In this document: positions 1 to 8,180 of the stretch, piece after piece
How the letters are laid out: the number at the start of each line of letters is the position of its first letter
How positions within the stretch are numbered: the stretch's first letter is position 1
Origin: an uncultured virus (IMG/VR IMGVR_UViG_3300041405_000133)
Lineage: Duplodnaviria; Heunggongvirae; Uroviricota; Caudoviricetes
Strand: one strand, 5' to 3'
IMG/VR virus record: IMGVR_UViG_3300041405_000133
Coordinates: 1 to 64,000 of that record
Length of the DNA stretch: 64,000 bases
The notes under the pieces: model-generated
What the model saw: the letters and a program-made list of their open reading frames with translations, nothing else
Told to the model about the DNA's origin: nothing
Database searches by the model: none
Made by a program: the position numbers and the translations under genes

Positions 1-2
1 AA

Positions 3-206
3 CCTGAGTTTGAAGAAGAAAGGGTTGACAATCTGACTCTGTGGTTACTTGCAGCGGCACTGTCGTTCGGTCTTTCCATCTCGATGGTCTACATCGACTG
101 GCATGATCGGACGAGCCGCTGCGTCGGTTCTAAAGAAGTGGTACGTGCTGGTATCGCACTGGACGTAAGTTCAGGGGTAGTTGTTCGAGACTGCCCAGTC
201 GAATAA
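3..206 (+). CDS. 3' end of a hypothetical membrane protein (truncated by window start)
   Basis: Frame 3 is open from the window start to TAA at 204-206: PEFEEERVDNLTLWLLAAALSFGLSISMVYIDWH...CPVE*, with one hydrophobic segment. Read by hand; not in the ORF track. Confidence 0.6.
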   Translation, partial: PEFEEERVDNLTLWLLAAALSFGLSISMVYIDWHDRTSRCVGSKEVVRAGIALDVSSGVVVRDCPVE

Positions 207-224
207 ATTACAGACAGATATCAT
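205..224 (+). promoter_or_regulatory. candidate phage early promoter
   Basis: AAATTACAGACA (205-216) is identical to 5281-5292. It is followed by GATATCAT at the position where the 5281 copy has TACATTAC, and lies upstream of the small ORF at 261. Confidence 0.45.
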
Positions 225-260
225 CCACTCGCAACAATCCCCTAATGCAAGGAGTTTCAA

Positions 261-407
261 ATGCGTGAAGTACTATTGATCAGCTTCGGTATTGGTCTCG
301 GCTATTATATTCGTCATCTGCGTGCGCAGCGCGACGATGAGGAGTTGAAGCTTAAAGGTGCTGAAGCAGCAGCGGCTCGTAAGGCGGCTGAATCGGCAAC
401 TGCCTAA
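261..407 (+). CDS. 48-aa small protein with N-terminal hydrophobic segment
   Basis: Strong SD AAGGAG (249-254), ATG at 261, MREVLLISFGIGLGYYIRHLRAQRDDEELKLKGAEAAAARKAAESATA*, followed directly by a terminator. Below the ORF-track length cutoff. Confidence 0.8.
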   Translation: MREVLLISFGIGLGYYIRHLRAQRDDEELKLKGAEAAAARKAAESATA

Positions 408-409
408 AC

Positions 410-458
410 GGCATAGAGAGCGTGGCGAAAGCCACGCTCTCATTACTTCTTTTTTTTG
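410..458. terminator. bidirectional terminator hairpin
   Basis: 11-bp stem GAGAGCGTGGC-gaaa-GCCACGCTCTC (416-441). ACTTC-T8 follows on +; TATGCC follows on -. Lies between convergent genes. Confidence 0.9.
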
Positions 459-473
459 TTTCAATTACTACCT

Positions 474-683
474 TCAACCCAACTCAACACCAATGTCTTC
501 GACTTCTACATTGATGTCACGGGTTGCCAACCATTCGACAGCTTCACGTTTGGCATGTAGTTCGGAATGAAACGTTCGATGTGTGAAGTACCAATGGTCG
601 TCGTGACGGAATGCGTAAGTTGGTTCACCGTTGAACAGATGTCCGGACAACAACATATATTGCTTACTCACGTATACCTCCAT
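474..683 (-). CDS. hypothetical protein (~69 aa), translationally coupled to the helicase
   Basis: ATG at 683 overlaps the helicase TGA (TGATG). The ORF ends at the convergent terminator. Confidence 0.7.
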   Translation of the reverse strand: MEVYVSKQYMLLSGHLFNGEPTYAFRHDDHWYFTHRTFHSELHAKREAVEWLATRDINVEVEDIGVELG

Positions 684-2227
684 CAATCGTCGAAGTCGCG
701 CCAATCAGAACCACCTTCGCCATTGGTAGTACGCGCACCTACTTTCTTATACGAAAGATCTTCGTCAAGAAGCAGATCGTACTTGAAGCCCATCATCGGG
801 TAATCCAAGAACTTCAATGCGTAATACTTATCCTGTTCCTGAGTTGCACCGATCTTACGATGCTTACCCCATTGGAACTCAGCCCATGCTTGACCTTGGT
901 GAATAGTCTTCGCGGTAAAGACCTCATAGTCAAACTCGGTGTTGAGCTTCTTGGAACCCTCGTAGTAGCCTTTATCCACCAGACGCTTGATGTAGTCGTC
1001 AGGATAGGTACGGGCCAAGTCACGAGTCGCTGGAGACAGTTGGTGAGCTGTGTACGCAAAGATGTTGTTTGGAGACGTGAACTTACGGACGCGACGGTGC
1101 GCTCCTTGAATCTCGTCACCAGCAACAGCCGCCACGATGTTGTTCTTGGTCAGCAGGTTGATGTAGTCGCAACCAGCCGAAACAATCTCGTAGCCTTCTT
1201 TGATGAATTGCTTCAAGTCATCGATGTAGTCGTCGACGTCTGCACCACGAGTGTAGTCCAGAATCATGACGTGCCAGCCATTGGCTGTCATCTTGTCGAA
1301 AACGTACTGAGCGATCTCACGAGAGTCGACGCCCTTCGTTACGACGGGCAGACCAAACTCGTATTGCATCAACAGTGTGTATAGCTTCTGAAGAACCAGC
1401 TCGGGTTTATCTTCCGCAGTAGCAAACACATGCAGCGGTTTCTTCGTCTCATCAAAGAGCACGGGACTGTTGAAGATACAGAATGCAAATAGCTGATCCA
1501 GCAGAGTACCGGACTTGTTCATACCCGGCAATGCGGATACGTTAGCCCACTCACCGCGCCGTGCGCCTTCCTGATCACCAGTCATCCGGTTAGCGGCCTT
1601 GAAGCCGTACTTGAGGATAGCTCGTGGATCAATGGCAAGCTGAGCCATAGCGTAGACTTCCGACAGGCTTTCAACGTCACTGATGTCAATGCGACGCATC
1701 GCACCACCAGCTTGACGTTTACCAGATAGTGGAAGCTCTGTCATCTTGGCGATGATCTCTTCACGGAAGCGTGCAACATCACCGACCTTCTCACGATCAA
1801 AGCCGAGCTTACGCGCTGCGTCCCGCAGGAGTTTCGTGAACTCCTCTACCCCGATAAAGTCGTACAGCTCGGCTGTTGCTTCATCGAGTTTATCCTTGGC
1901 TGCATCAGGGTCGTCCACCAGAAGAATGGTGCGGGTAAATAGATCATATAGGCGATCATTATCCCCTGCGGCGATTCGGATGCGACCCATTAGGTCGTTA
2001 ATGTCGTACGGATGCTCTGATCCTTTCTTCTTCATCCAGATGACTAAGTTCCGAACTCGGGACAAAGCGTTGTGTTCCCGGTTGGAGTTTGAAGCATCAT
2101 CAGTTAGATGAAGGTGATCGAGTGTACGATCGATTACATTGAGCAAAGCCTCAGGGTCATTCTTGCCCGAATGACTCGAGTAGTACATGGCACTGATGGC
2201 CTTGGCTAACAGTAGCTTAATTTCCAT
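683..2227 (-). CDS. dnaB: DnaB-like replicative helicase (phiKZ gp118 family)
   Basis: 514 aa. GARRGEWANVSALPGMNKSG (atypical Walker A), ATAED, CDYINLL (Walker B), YTAHQLS, WGKHR (arginine-finger region). Position next to the capsid gene matches phiKZ-like phages. Confidence 0.85.
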   Translation of the reverse strand: MEIKLLLAKAISAMYYSSHSGKNDPEALLNVIDRTLDHLHLTDDASNSNREHNALSRVRNLVIWMKKKGSEHPYDINDLMGRIRIAAGDNDRLYDLFTRTILLVDDPDAAKDKLDEATAELYDFIGVEEFTKLLRDAARKLGFDREKVGDVARFREEIIAKMTELPLSGKRQAGGAMRRIDISDVESLSEVYAMAQLAIDPRAILKYGFKAANRMTGDQEGARRGEWANVSALPGMNKSGTLLDQLFAFCIFNSPVLFDETKKPLHVFATAEDKPELVLQKLYTLLMQYEFGLPVVTKGVDSREIAQYVFDKMTANGWHVMILDYTRGADVDDYIDDLKQFIKEGYEIVSAGCDYINLLTKNNIVAAVAGDEIQGAHRRVRKFTSPNNIFAYTAHQLSPATRDLARTYPDDYIKRLVDKGYYEGSKKLNTEFDYEVFTAKTIHQGQAWAEFQWGKHRKIGATQEQDKYYALKFLDYPMMGFKYDLLLDEDLSYKKVGARTTNGEGGSDWRDFDD

Positions 2228-2265
2228 ACCGCCTCACCGCAGGCAAATTGAATTGGGGATATCTC

Positions 2266-2793
2266 ATGAGTAAGCCAGTCAGTATTCGCTACATCCCAAA
2301 ATGGTTGAGCGGTGCTATGACGCACTACGGGACTGACATCAAAGAATTCGAAAGCATAGTATCGAGACACGATGTGGATCTTTACAAACTGGCGAACCAT
2401 CTGTTCCGCGCTCGTCTGAACAGTATGGGTCTGGATGAGTTCGTTTTCCCAGATGCCGATGCTGGTAAAGGCTTCAGCTCTGACGATGCTGTGTTCGCAC
2501 TGTTCGGTGGTAATCCACAACAGTTGGCGATCCCGCAATTCGTCCTGGGTTACTTCGACATCTATCCTGACAAGTACGATGGTATCATCATCGTCGAGCG
2601 GGAAGGTGGTGAAGTAAAGGATGTTATGAAAGAACTGCTGAAAGCTGTCGCCCTTTATAGGGGCGTCGATGTGGCTTACGCGTCCGTTGTCTTCAGAAGA
2701 TATCTGGAGAAAGTAAATAAAGACCTTGACCCAGGCAGCAGTCATGCGGTCGAACTTACTCGTGAGTTGACGAACAACGACCAACACGAGTGA
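2266..2793 (+). CDS. hypothetical/virion protein upstream of the capsid gene
   Basis: GGGGA SD, ATG at 2266, phage-like codon usage. Syntenic slot between helicase and major capsid gene. Confidence 0.75.
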   Translation: MSKPVSIRYIPKWLSGAMTHYGTDIKEFESIVSRHDVDLYKLANHLFRARLNSMGLDEFVFPDADAGKGFSSDDAVFALFGGNPQQLAIPQFVLGYFDIYPDKYDGIIIVEREGGEVKDVMKELLKAVALYRGVDVAYASVVFRRYLEKVNKDLDPGSSHAVELTRELTNNDQHE

Positions 2794-2972
2794 TAAGTGA
2801 TACATGTTATGCAAATCACTGCTATTACGGTGATATGTATAAACACACGGTTTCCATAACGCCTGCGGGACGTAGGATCGCTGTCTCTAGTCGACTAGTG
2901 ACAGGTCGGCGTCGATCCTAAAATAGAAGCTTCTATCCTTCGGCAACACCAAATTGCAATTTGGAGCAATTC

Positions 2973-5159
2973 ATGAGCAAGATCGTAATTGACAAAAAAT
3001 CCGGTATGCCGGATCTGGAACACGTTTCCGCAGTGAAGATCAAAGATCACCTGCTGAACGGCACCGGCTACAGCACCGAAGCTAGCGACCTGTTGGCCGC
3101 TCTGCAAAACGGTAGCTTCGAAGCCCGCGGCACTCTGTCCCAAATCGCCGGTGAACTGGCTCCAGTGCTGCAAACCAGCATCGAGAACCAGAAAGCCGAA
3201 TACGCCAACCCTGCCGGTCTGGCCGCTGCATCGTTCCTGAAAGCATTCGGTAGCAAGCCTTCCGACCTGCTGCGCCTGCAAACCTCGATGGAAGGCAAGT
3301 CGCTGACCGACGGCACCCGTTACGCTCACGCTGACGGCTCCGAATACGACAGCGTCTACTCCACCGAATCGTACGACAACCAGTCGCTGATCGACCACCT
3401 GTCGATTTCGATCGGTCTGAACTACAAGATCGCTCGCCAGGGTCCGGCGATGGAAATGATCTACCGCACCGTGCCTCTGTCCCCAGAGCAAGGCGGTATC
3501 GACATCCAGATCCCGAACCTGTACGTCGAAAACACCCTGCAACACGCCCTGGACGGTTCCGAGTCGGACTTCGGCCTGCGCCGTGTAATGGACTCCGCGA
3601 TCGACTTCACCGTTCTGAACGACAACAGCACTCAGCTGATCCCTGGCTATAACGCCACTTCCGCTGCGAACTTCGTCGCCACTTCGGTTATCACCCCGTT
3701 CGAATACGTCAACGGTCGTCGTACCGTTACCACCTCCGGCCTGGCCGTTGGTAAGACCATCAACCTGCTCGGCATCGGCCAGATCGATTCCGTACAGCGC
3801 GTTGGTCAGGCTGACTACACTGAAGCCCTGGACCGCAACATCGGTATCGAATCCGTGTTCCTGAGCCTCGGCGCAGACACCATTCGTTTCGACACCAAGG
3901 GTCTGCCTTACAGCCGCTTCGTGAAGACTCCAGAGCAAGGCGGTCGCGCCATGGCGCTGAACTTCCCGCTGACCACCCTGGAAATCAACAAAGACACCTT
4001 GACCTACAACGATGCCGCTCCTGCTGGCGCCGTGTTCGGTACTATCGCCAGTGGCGATTACAAGGTTCGTCTGAAGACCATCATCAACGGTCAAGCTGAC
4101 GTTGAGCGCGGCACTGTGAACATCAACGCCGGTTCGCTGGAAGTGATGTACATCAAGAACGCCGCTGGCGACAAGATCGACCTGGCTGCTGGCGTCGGCA
4201 AGACCATCGTTGATGGCCTGGCTGCACTGGCTACTTCCGCCTGGTGGCCTGATGCTCGCCTGACCAACACCAACCACCGTCACCTGGGCCTGATGCTCAA
4301 CGTACGTAACGTGACCGAACGTCTGCTGACCCGTCAGCGCGCGCCGTTCTTCGTACCGTACCCACTGAGCGAAAACCGCGACCAGACCGTAATGGACTGG
4401 CTGACCTTCGCCGTTGGTTCCTACATCAACAACGAAGCGGTGGGCACCCTGATCGGTTACCACGAGCGCCTGATGCGTCTGACTGGCGGCCTGCGTGGCG
4501 AGCTGACCGGTGGTGACTTCGAAATCAACGCACTGCCTATCGAAGGTATTGGCCGCTGGTTGGTCAACCCTTACGTTCAGGAACTGGACGTTGACTTGAT
4601 GGAAACCGCTCAGTCGCAGGAAACTGTGGCAAACGTGGAAAACGGTATCGAAGTGCTGGTCAACACCCTGCGCTCCGTGTCGTTCGACATCCTGCAACGC
4701 ACCAACTACGAAAACGCCTGCCGTTACATGGACGGTGGCGAGATCACTTCGAAGTGGCGCATTGCCCTGGTTACCAGCAAGAAGATCGAGCGCTTCATGA
4801 CGATCCAAGGCGACAGCCGCACCCTGGGTGCCGGCCTGAGCTACCAGCTGGAAGCCGATGTCGACCAGCGTCTGTCGGACGTGATGTACCTCACCATCGT
4901 TCGCGATGGCGAAGGCGTGGACGCTCTGTCCGCCGGTGCAATGCTGTTGACTCCGACCCTCGTGTCGACCATCAGCGTTACCCGTAACAACCGTCCTGGT
5001 AACGAAGCTGTTGTACAGCCTCGCTTCCAGCACTACAACTTCCTGCCGATCATCGTCAAGCTGAACATCAAAGGCGTCGACGAGCTGCTGGAAAGCACCC
5101 TGCCTTTTCGTATCAAAGGCGACATTAATACCACTGATGTTAGCAGCCCCGCTCCGTAA
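2973..5159 (+). CDS. major capsid protein (phiKZ gp120 family)
   Basis: ~728 aa from ATG 2973 (SD GGAG). Strongest codon bias in the window. N-terminal region has S-x-E motifs (SME, STE) typical of prohead-protease-cleaved phiKZ head proteins. Size and synteny fit; strong hairpin downstream. Confidence 0.9.
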   Translation: MSKIVIDKKSGMPDLEHVSAVKIKDHLLNGTGYSTEASDLLAALQNGSFEARGTLSQIAGELAPVLQTSIENQKAEYANPAGLAAASFLKAFGSKPSDLLRLQTSMEGKSLTDGTRYAHADGSEYDSVYSTESYDNQSLIDHLSISIGLNYKIARQGPAMEMIYRTVPLSPEQGGIDIQIPNLYVENTLQHALDGSESDFGLRRVMDSAIDFTVLNDNSTQLIPGYNATSAANFVATSVITPFEYVNGRRTVTTSGLAVGKTINLLGIGQIDSVQRVGQADYTEALDRNIGIESVFLSLGADTIRFDTKGLPYSRFVKTPEQGGRAMALNFPLTTLEINKDTLTYNDAAPAGAVFGTIASGDYKVRLKTIINGQADVERGTVNINAGSLEVMYIKNAAGDKIDLAAGVGKTIVDGLAALATSAWWPDARLTNTNHRHLGLMLNVRNVTERLLTRQRAPFFVPYPLSENRDQTVMDWLTFAVGSYINNEAVGTLIGYHERLMRLTGGLRGELTGGDFEINALPIEGIGRWLVNPYVQELDVDLMETAQSQETVANVENGIEVLVNTLRSVSFDILQRTNYENACRYMDGGEITSKWRIALVTSKKIERFMTIQGDSRTLGAGLSYQLEADVDQRLSDVMYLTIVRDGEGVDALSAGAMLLTPTLVSTISVTRNNRPGNEAVVQPRFQHYNFLPIIVKLNIKGVDELLESTLPFRIKGDINTTDVSSPAP

Positions 5160-5222
5160 CTTGGAGCTACCTCCGGAAGTAGTTCCGGAGCTGCCTAATC
5201 CTTAGTGGGATTAATGGGTGAA

Positions 5223-5254
5223 CATAAAGCCGGGACTTCGGTCCCGGCTTTATG
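5223..5254 (+). terminator. terminator-like hairpin after the capsid gene (TATG class)
   Basis: Perfect 14-bp stem CATAAAGCCGGGAC-ttcg-GTCCCGGCTTTATG with a C(UUCG)G loop and no long U-tract. Confidence 0.85.
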
Positions 5255-5280
5255 CCGTCTACGGCAATTCACGTATAAAG

Positions 5281-5300
5281 AAATTACAGACATACATTAC
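5281..5300 (+). promoter_or_regulatory. candidate early (virion-RNAP) promoter
   Basis: AAATTACAGACA-TACATTAC. TACATTAC is one mismatch from the phiKZ early consensus TATATTAC. It precedes the operon containing a non-virion RNAP subunit. Confidence 0.6.
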
Positions 5301-5371
5301 TAAAATAGGCGTAGTAGGAAAAGAGTAAAACCATTGGGGACCGTAGTTATATACACAGGGGCAATAAGGTT

Positions 5372-6487
5372 ATGGATAGTTCGGGACGTCGTTTTGTTCC
5401 GTTCGATAAGTTCACCTCTCGTGCAGAGTTGAGCGATCCCGATTTGAAGGGTCGTGAGAACGCAGCGTTTACAATGCGCTACGTTAATGCGTCAAGTCGG
5501 ACTATAAGCGTCAAGACCAGAATGGGCGTGCATTCGATTCTCAAACCGAAGCAGTACACTCAGGGCGGTGAATACATTGACGTCTTTCTCGAATGGACTA
5601 TGACTAAGGAATCTTACAAATCGACCTATGTTGATTTCTTAGACCGGCATCGAAATCCGCAAGGGTTAGCAGCGGAAATCATTAGTGCCTTTGAAGCGAG
5701 ATTGAATTCTTGGTCTCATCAGGGCCGGTTGACTACTCTCACGATTCATGTGGAGATTCAACTGAATGATGTTGTTAATGCCGGGGGTACTGTGTACTTG
5801 GAAGAGTTGGATCTGTTGATCTCGCTCGAACCAGAAGTTGAGAAGTTTGAGGAGCATCCGTTCAGTAACTTTAATCGGTTGCAGTATGGATTAGCCGCTG
5901 ACCTACCTCACTTGGGTAAAGATACTCTGCTGTTCTCGATCAAAGCCGTAGACAATAGTTCTCTTAGGAATAGACATGATCGGTTTATGCTGTTAGGCAA
6001 TACCGTTCACCATATTCCAATTGAACGCGATTTAAGGTTACGTGACGGTGTACATGTCACAACTCGGCGACCAGCCGCAGTGAAGAACGTCATTGGGTCT
6101 GGTGCAACCATCCACACTGAACATCTGTCGTTTGAAGATGCAGATGCTCGGTTCAACTTAGCTGACAGTATTGAGAAAGCCCAAGCTGGTGTTAGTTGGC
6201 AAGAAATGCGTAAAGAAGAAATAGCCCGCAGAGCGCACGAACAGAAAATGAAAGAGTTCGATCGAGCTGGGGAGAAAGCTGACACAGACCACACGTATAC
6301 GCGAGAGAAGACAGAGTCCGAAAGGGCATTCGCTCGCGAGCGTGAGGAATGGCTTCGCTGGAAACATCGCGAAGACGATGTTAAAGAGAAGACTAAAAAC
6401 TTGGGCGACTGGATTCGTTTGGTCGGTGGGATAATCACATCGTCGCTAACTGTGTTAACGATGGTGGCTAAAATGAAACCTTCATAG
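5372..6487 (+). CDS. hypothetical protein with C-terminal charged coiled coil and terminal hydrophobic helix
   Basis: 371-aa ORF ending ...WIRLVGGIITSSLTVLTMVAKMKPS. Lies between the capsid and RNAP-subunit genes. Confidence 0.8.
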   Translation: MDSSGRRFVPFDKFTSRAELSDPDLKGRENAAFTMRYVNASSRTISVKTRMGVHSILKPKQYTQGGEYIDVFLEWTMTKESYKSTYVDFLDRHRNPQGLAAEIISAFEARLNSWSHQGRLTTLTIHVEIQLNDVVNAGGTVYLEELDLLISLEPEVEKFEEHPFSNFNRLQYGLAADLPHLGKDTLLFSIKAVDNSSLRNRHDRFMLLGNTVHHIPIERDLRLRDGVHVTTRRPAAVKNVIGSGATIHTEHLSFEDADARFNLADSIEKAQAGVSWQEMRKEEIARRAHEQKMKEFDRAGEKADTDHTYTREKTESERAFAREREEWLRWKHREDDVKEKTKNLGDWIRLVGGIITSSLTVLTMVAKMKPS

Positions 6488-6503
6488 ATGGGTAGGGGAT
6501 GGA

Positions 6504-8156
6504 ATGCATACTTGGTTATTTGACGACTTGCAGAAGAGGATGCCTGTTTTCAATCAGGACATTCTGGATGGACTCGCCTATCGTGGCTTGGACGATGCTA
6601 AGGGACTCGTAGATCAGACTATTGCGTGTGCTGAAAACAGTTATCCAGATGACTTCGAGTACAACGGATCTTACATCTGTAGTCCTCAGGAAGCGTACAG
6701 CGTTATGTCATCTTCGCTGACACGGTCCGATCGTTCCACCCCCTCCATCGACTTAGCGCAAAGCGATGTCTACATGGTGAAGTATCAGTTCTCCTGTAAT
6801 GGCGTTCCGCTATATCCGCGCTATTTCTGCTTGCCTGCTCCAAGGCGCGGTGGGTTGCTCACCATTACAGGTAAACAGTTCGCCATCGGCGATGTACTAA
6901 CAGACCCTGGCCTATCGATAGGCCAGGACTTTGTGTTCATCCGTATGTCACGCGCTCCGGTTACATTCAAGCGCCTGATCTACACCGTTTTGAAAGATGG
7001 AGAAGATTACTCCGAGTACATTGCTTATTCTTGGCTGCACCACCGGTCCGCCAACAATAACAAGAAGTCGGAAAGTGATACCATCACGCTTGGTAAGGTG
7101 ATGTCTACTCTGCCGCATTATCTCTTCTGCCGGTATGGCTTGAAAGAGACGTTCGCTCGGTTTGCGTATTGCGATGTTGCAATCGTTACCGAAGAGTTCT
7201 TGGCCGAGAACCCCGTTGACCCTGAAAAGTATACCGTAGTCAGATCAGCCAAGTCCCGGCCGGCTGCATTGAAGCTGCGTGTGCATTACCCCGATATCGC
7301 TACAAACCTCTGCCTGATCATTCCTAAAGCTGCTACCAATCAGCTGACCATGGCGTTTGCCTTGGCGTTCTTCTATCTGGTCGATCTGTTCCCTCAGGAT
7401 CTGCTGGTTGAAGACTTGCTCGGCGATGACATCTGGAAGCGCTGGATGGGTTACGTTCTCTTTGGCGACCAGATGTCTGTTGGTAAGCTGGTTGAGAACG
7501 TGGTGAGTCACCTCATCAGCCTGGATGATTACGTGGACATCGAAGTACGCAAGACTCTGCTGGATGAAGAGAACTTGGATGTTGAAAACCTCTACGAGTT
7601 CTTTGCTTACATTCTCGTTCAGATCGATCACCTGATTGATTCGAAAGCGGAATCCATTGGCTCCATGTATGGTAAACGCTTGGTGACTGCGCAGTATGTA
7701 CTGCGTGACATCTACGAGCAGATCTTCCGGTGTCTCTTCGAGATCACGAATAACCGGAAGCGTAAGCACACAGCGGATGACTACAACAAGATCTTGGGTA
7801 AGTTCTTTATGCCCACGATCATCTTCAACCTGCGCAAGACTAGCAGCAAACCGTTTATGTCCAGCGTGTCTACCCCTGGCGACAACATGTTCTTCCGAAT
7901 CACCTCTCGCTTGGTAATGCAGGCGCAAACGAGTGCTGGGCGTAAATCCCAGAACTTGAACGTGAACGATCCACAATCGTGGCTCGACGGTTCGATTGCT
8001 GAAGGGGGTAACCACCTTATCCTTCCGAAGCACTCCCCACTGGGTCGTAATACGATCAACCCGACAGTGGAACTGGACGAGAAGAATACGATTGTGCGGA
8101 AAGAACACATGAAGCCAATCGTTGCACATATCGACGCGGCTATCGGCCGAAACTAA
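6504..8156 (+). CDS. non-virion RNA polymerase beta subunit, N-terminal part (phiKZ gp123 family)
   Basis: 550 aa. LPAPRRGGLLTITGKQF resembles beta region B; SMYGKRLVT resembles DHLGNRRIR; C-terminal LPKHSPLGRNTINP. Size and synteny match gp123. Confidence 0.75.
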   Translation: MHTWLFDDLQKRMPVFNQDILDGLAYRGLDDAKGLVDQTIACAENSYPDDFEYNGSYICSPQEAYSVMSSSLTRSDRSTPSIDLAQSDVYMVKYQFSCNGVPLYPRYFCLPAPRRGGLLTITGKQFAIGDVLTDPGLSIGQDFVFIRMSRAPVTFKRLIYTVLKDGEDYSEYIAYSWLHHRSANNNKKSESDTITLGKVMSTLPHYLFCRYGLKETFARFAYCDVAIVTEEFLAENPVDPEKYTVVRSAKSRPAALKLRVHYPDIATNLCLIIPKAATNQLTMAFALAFFYLVDLFPQDLLVEDLLGDDIWKRWMGYVLFGDQMSVGKLVENVVSHLISLDDYVDIEVRKTLLDEENLDVENLYEFFAYILVQIDHLIDSKAESIGSMYGKRLVTAQYVLRDIYEQIFRCLFEITNNRKRKHTADDYNKILGKFFMPTIIFNLRKTSSKPFMSSVSTPGDNMFFRITSRLVMQAQTSAGRKSQNLNVNDPQSWLDGSIAEGGNHLILPKHSPLGRNTINPTVELDEKNTIVRKEHMKPIVAHIDAAIGRN

Positions 8157-8180
8157 TTTAACTCAAGAATAGGAAGATGT

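Noticed and set aside
2895..5033. 712-aa antisense ORF opposite the capsid gene, and similar ones at 860-1384, 19073-20449, 39867-41111, 53023-54090 and others
   Set aside because: These mirror the sense frame. Strong codon bias (few TTA/CTA/TCA codons) removes antisense stops. They have no SD and no protein-like motifs.
5098..5204. Programmed frameshift near the capsid 3' end (CCT TTT CGT)
   Set aside because: There is no canonical X XXY YYZ heptamer. Both alternative frames close within ~35 codons without a recognisable domain.
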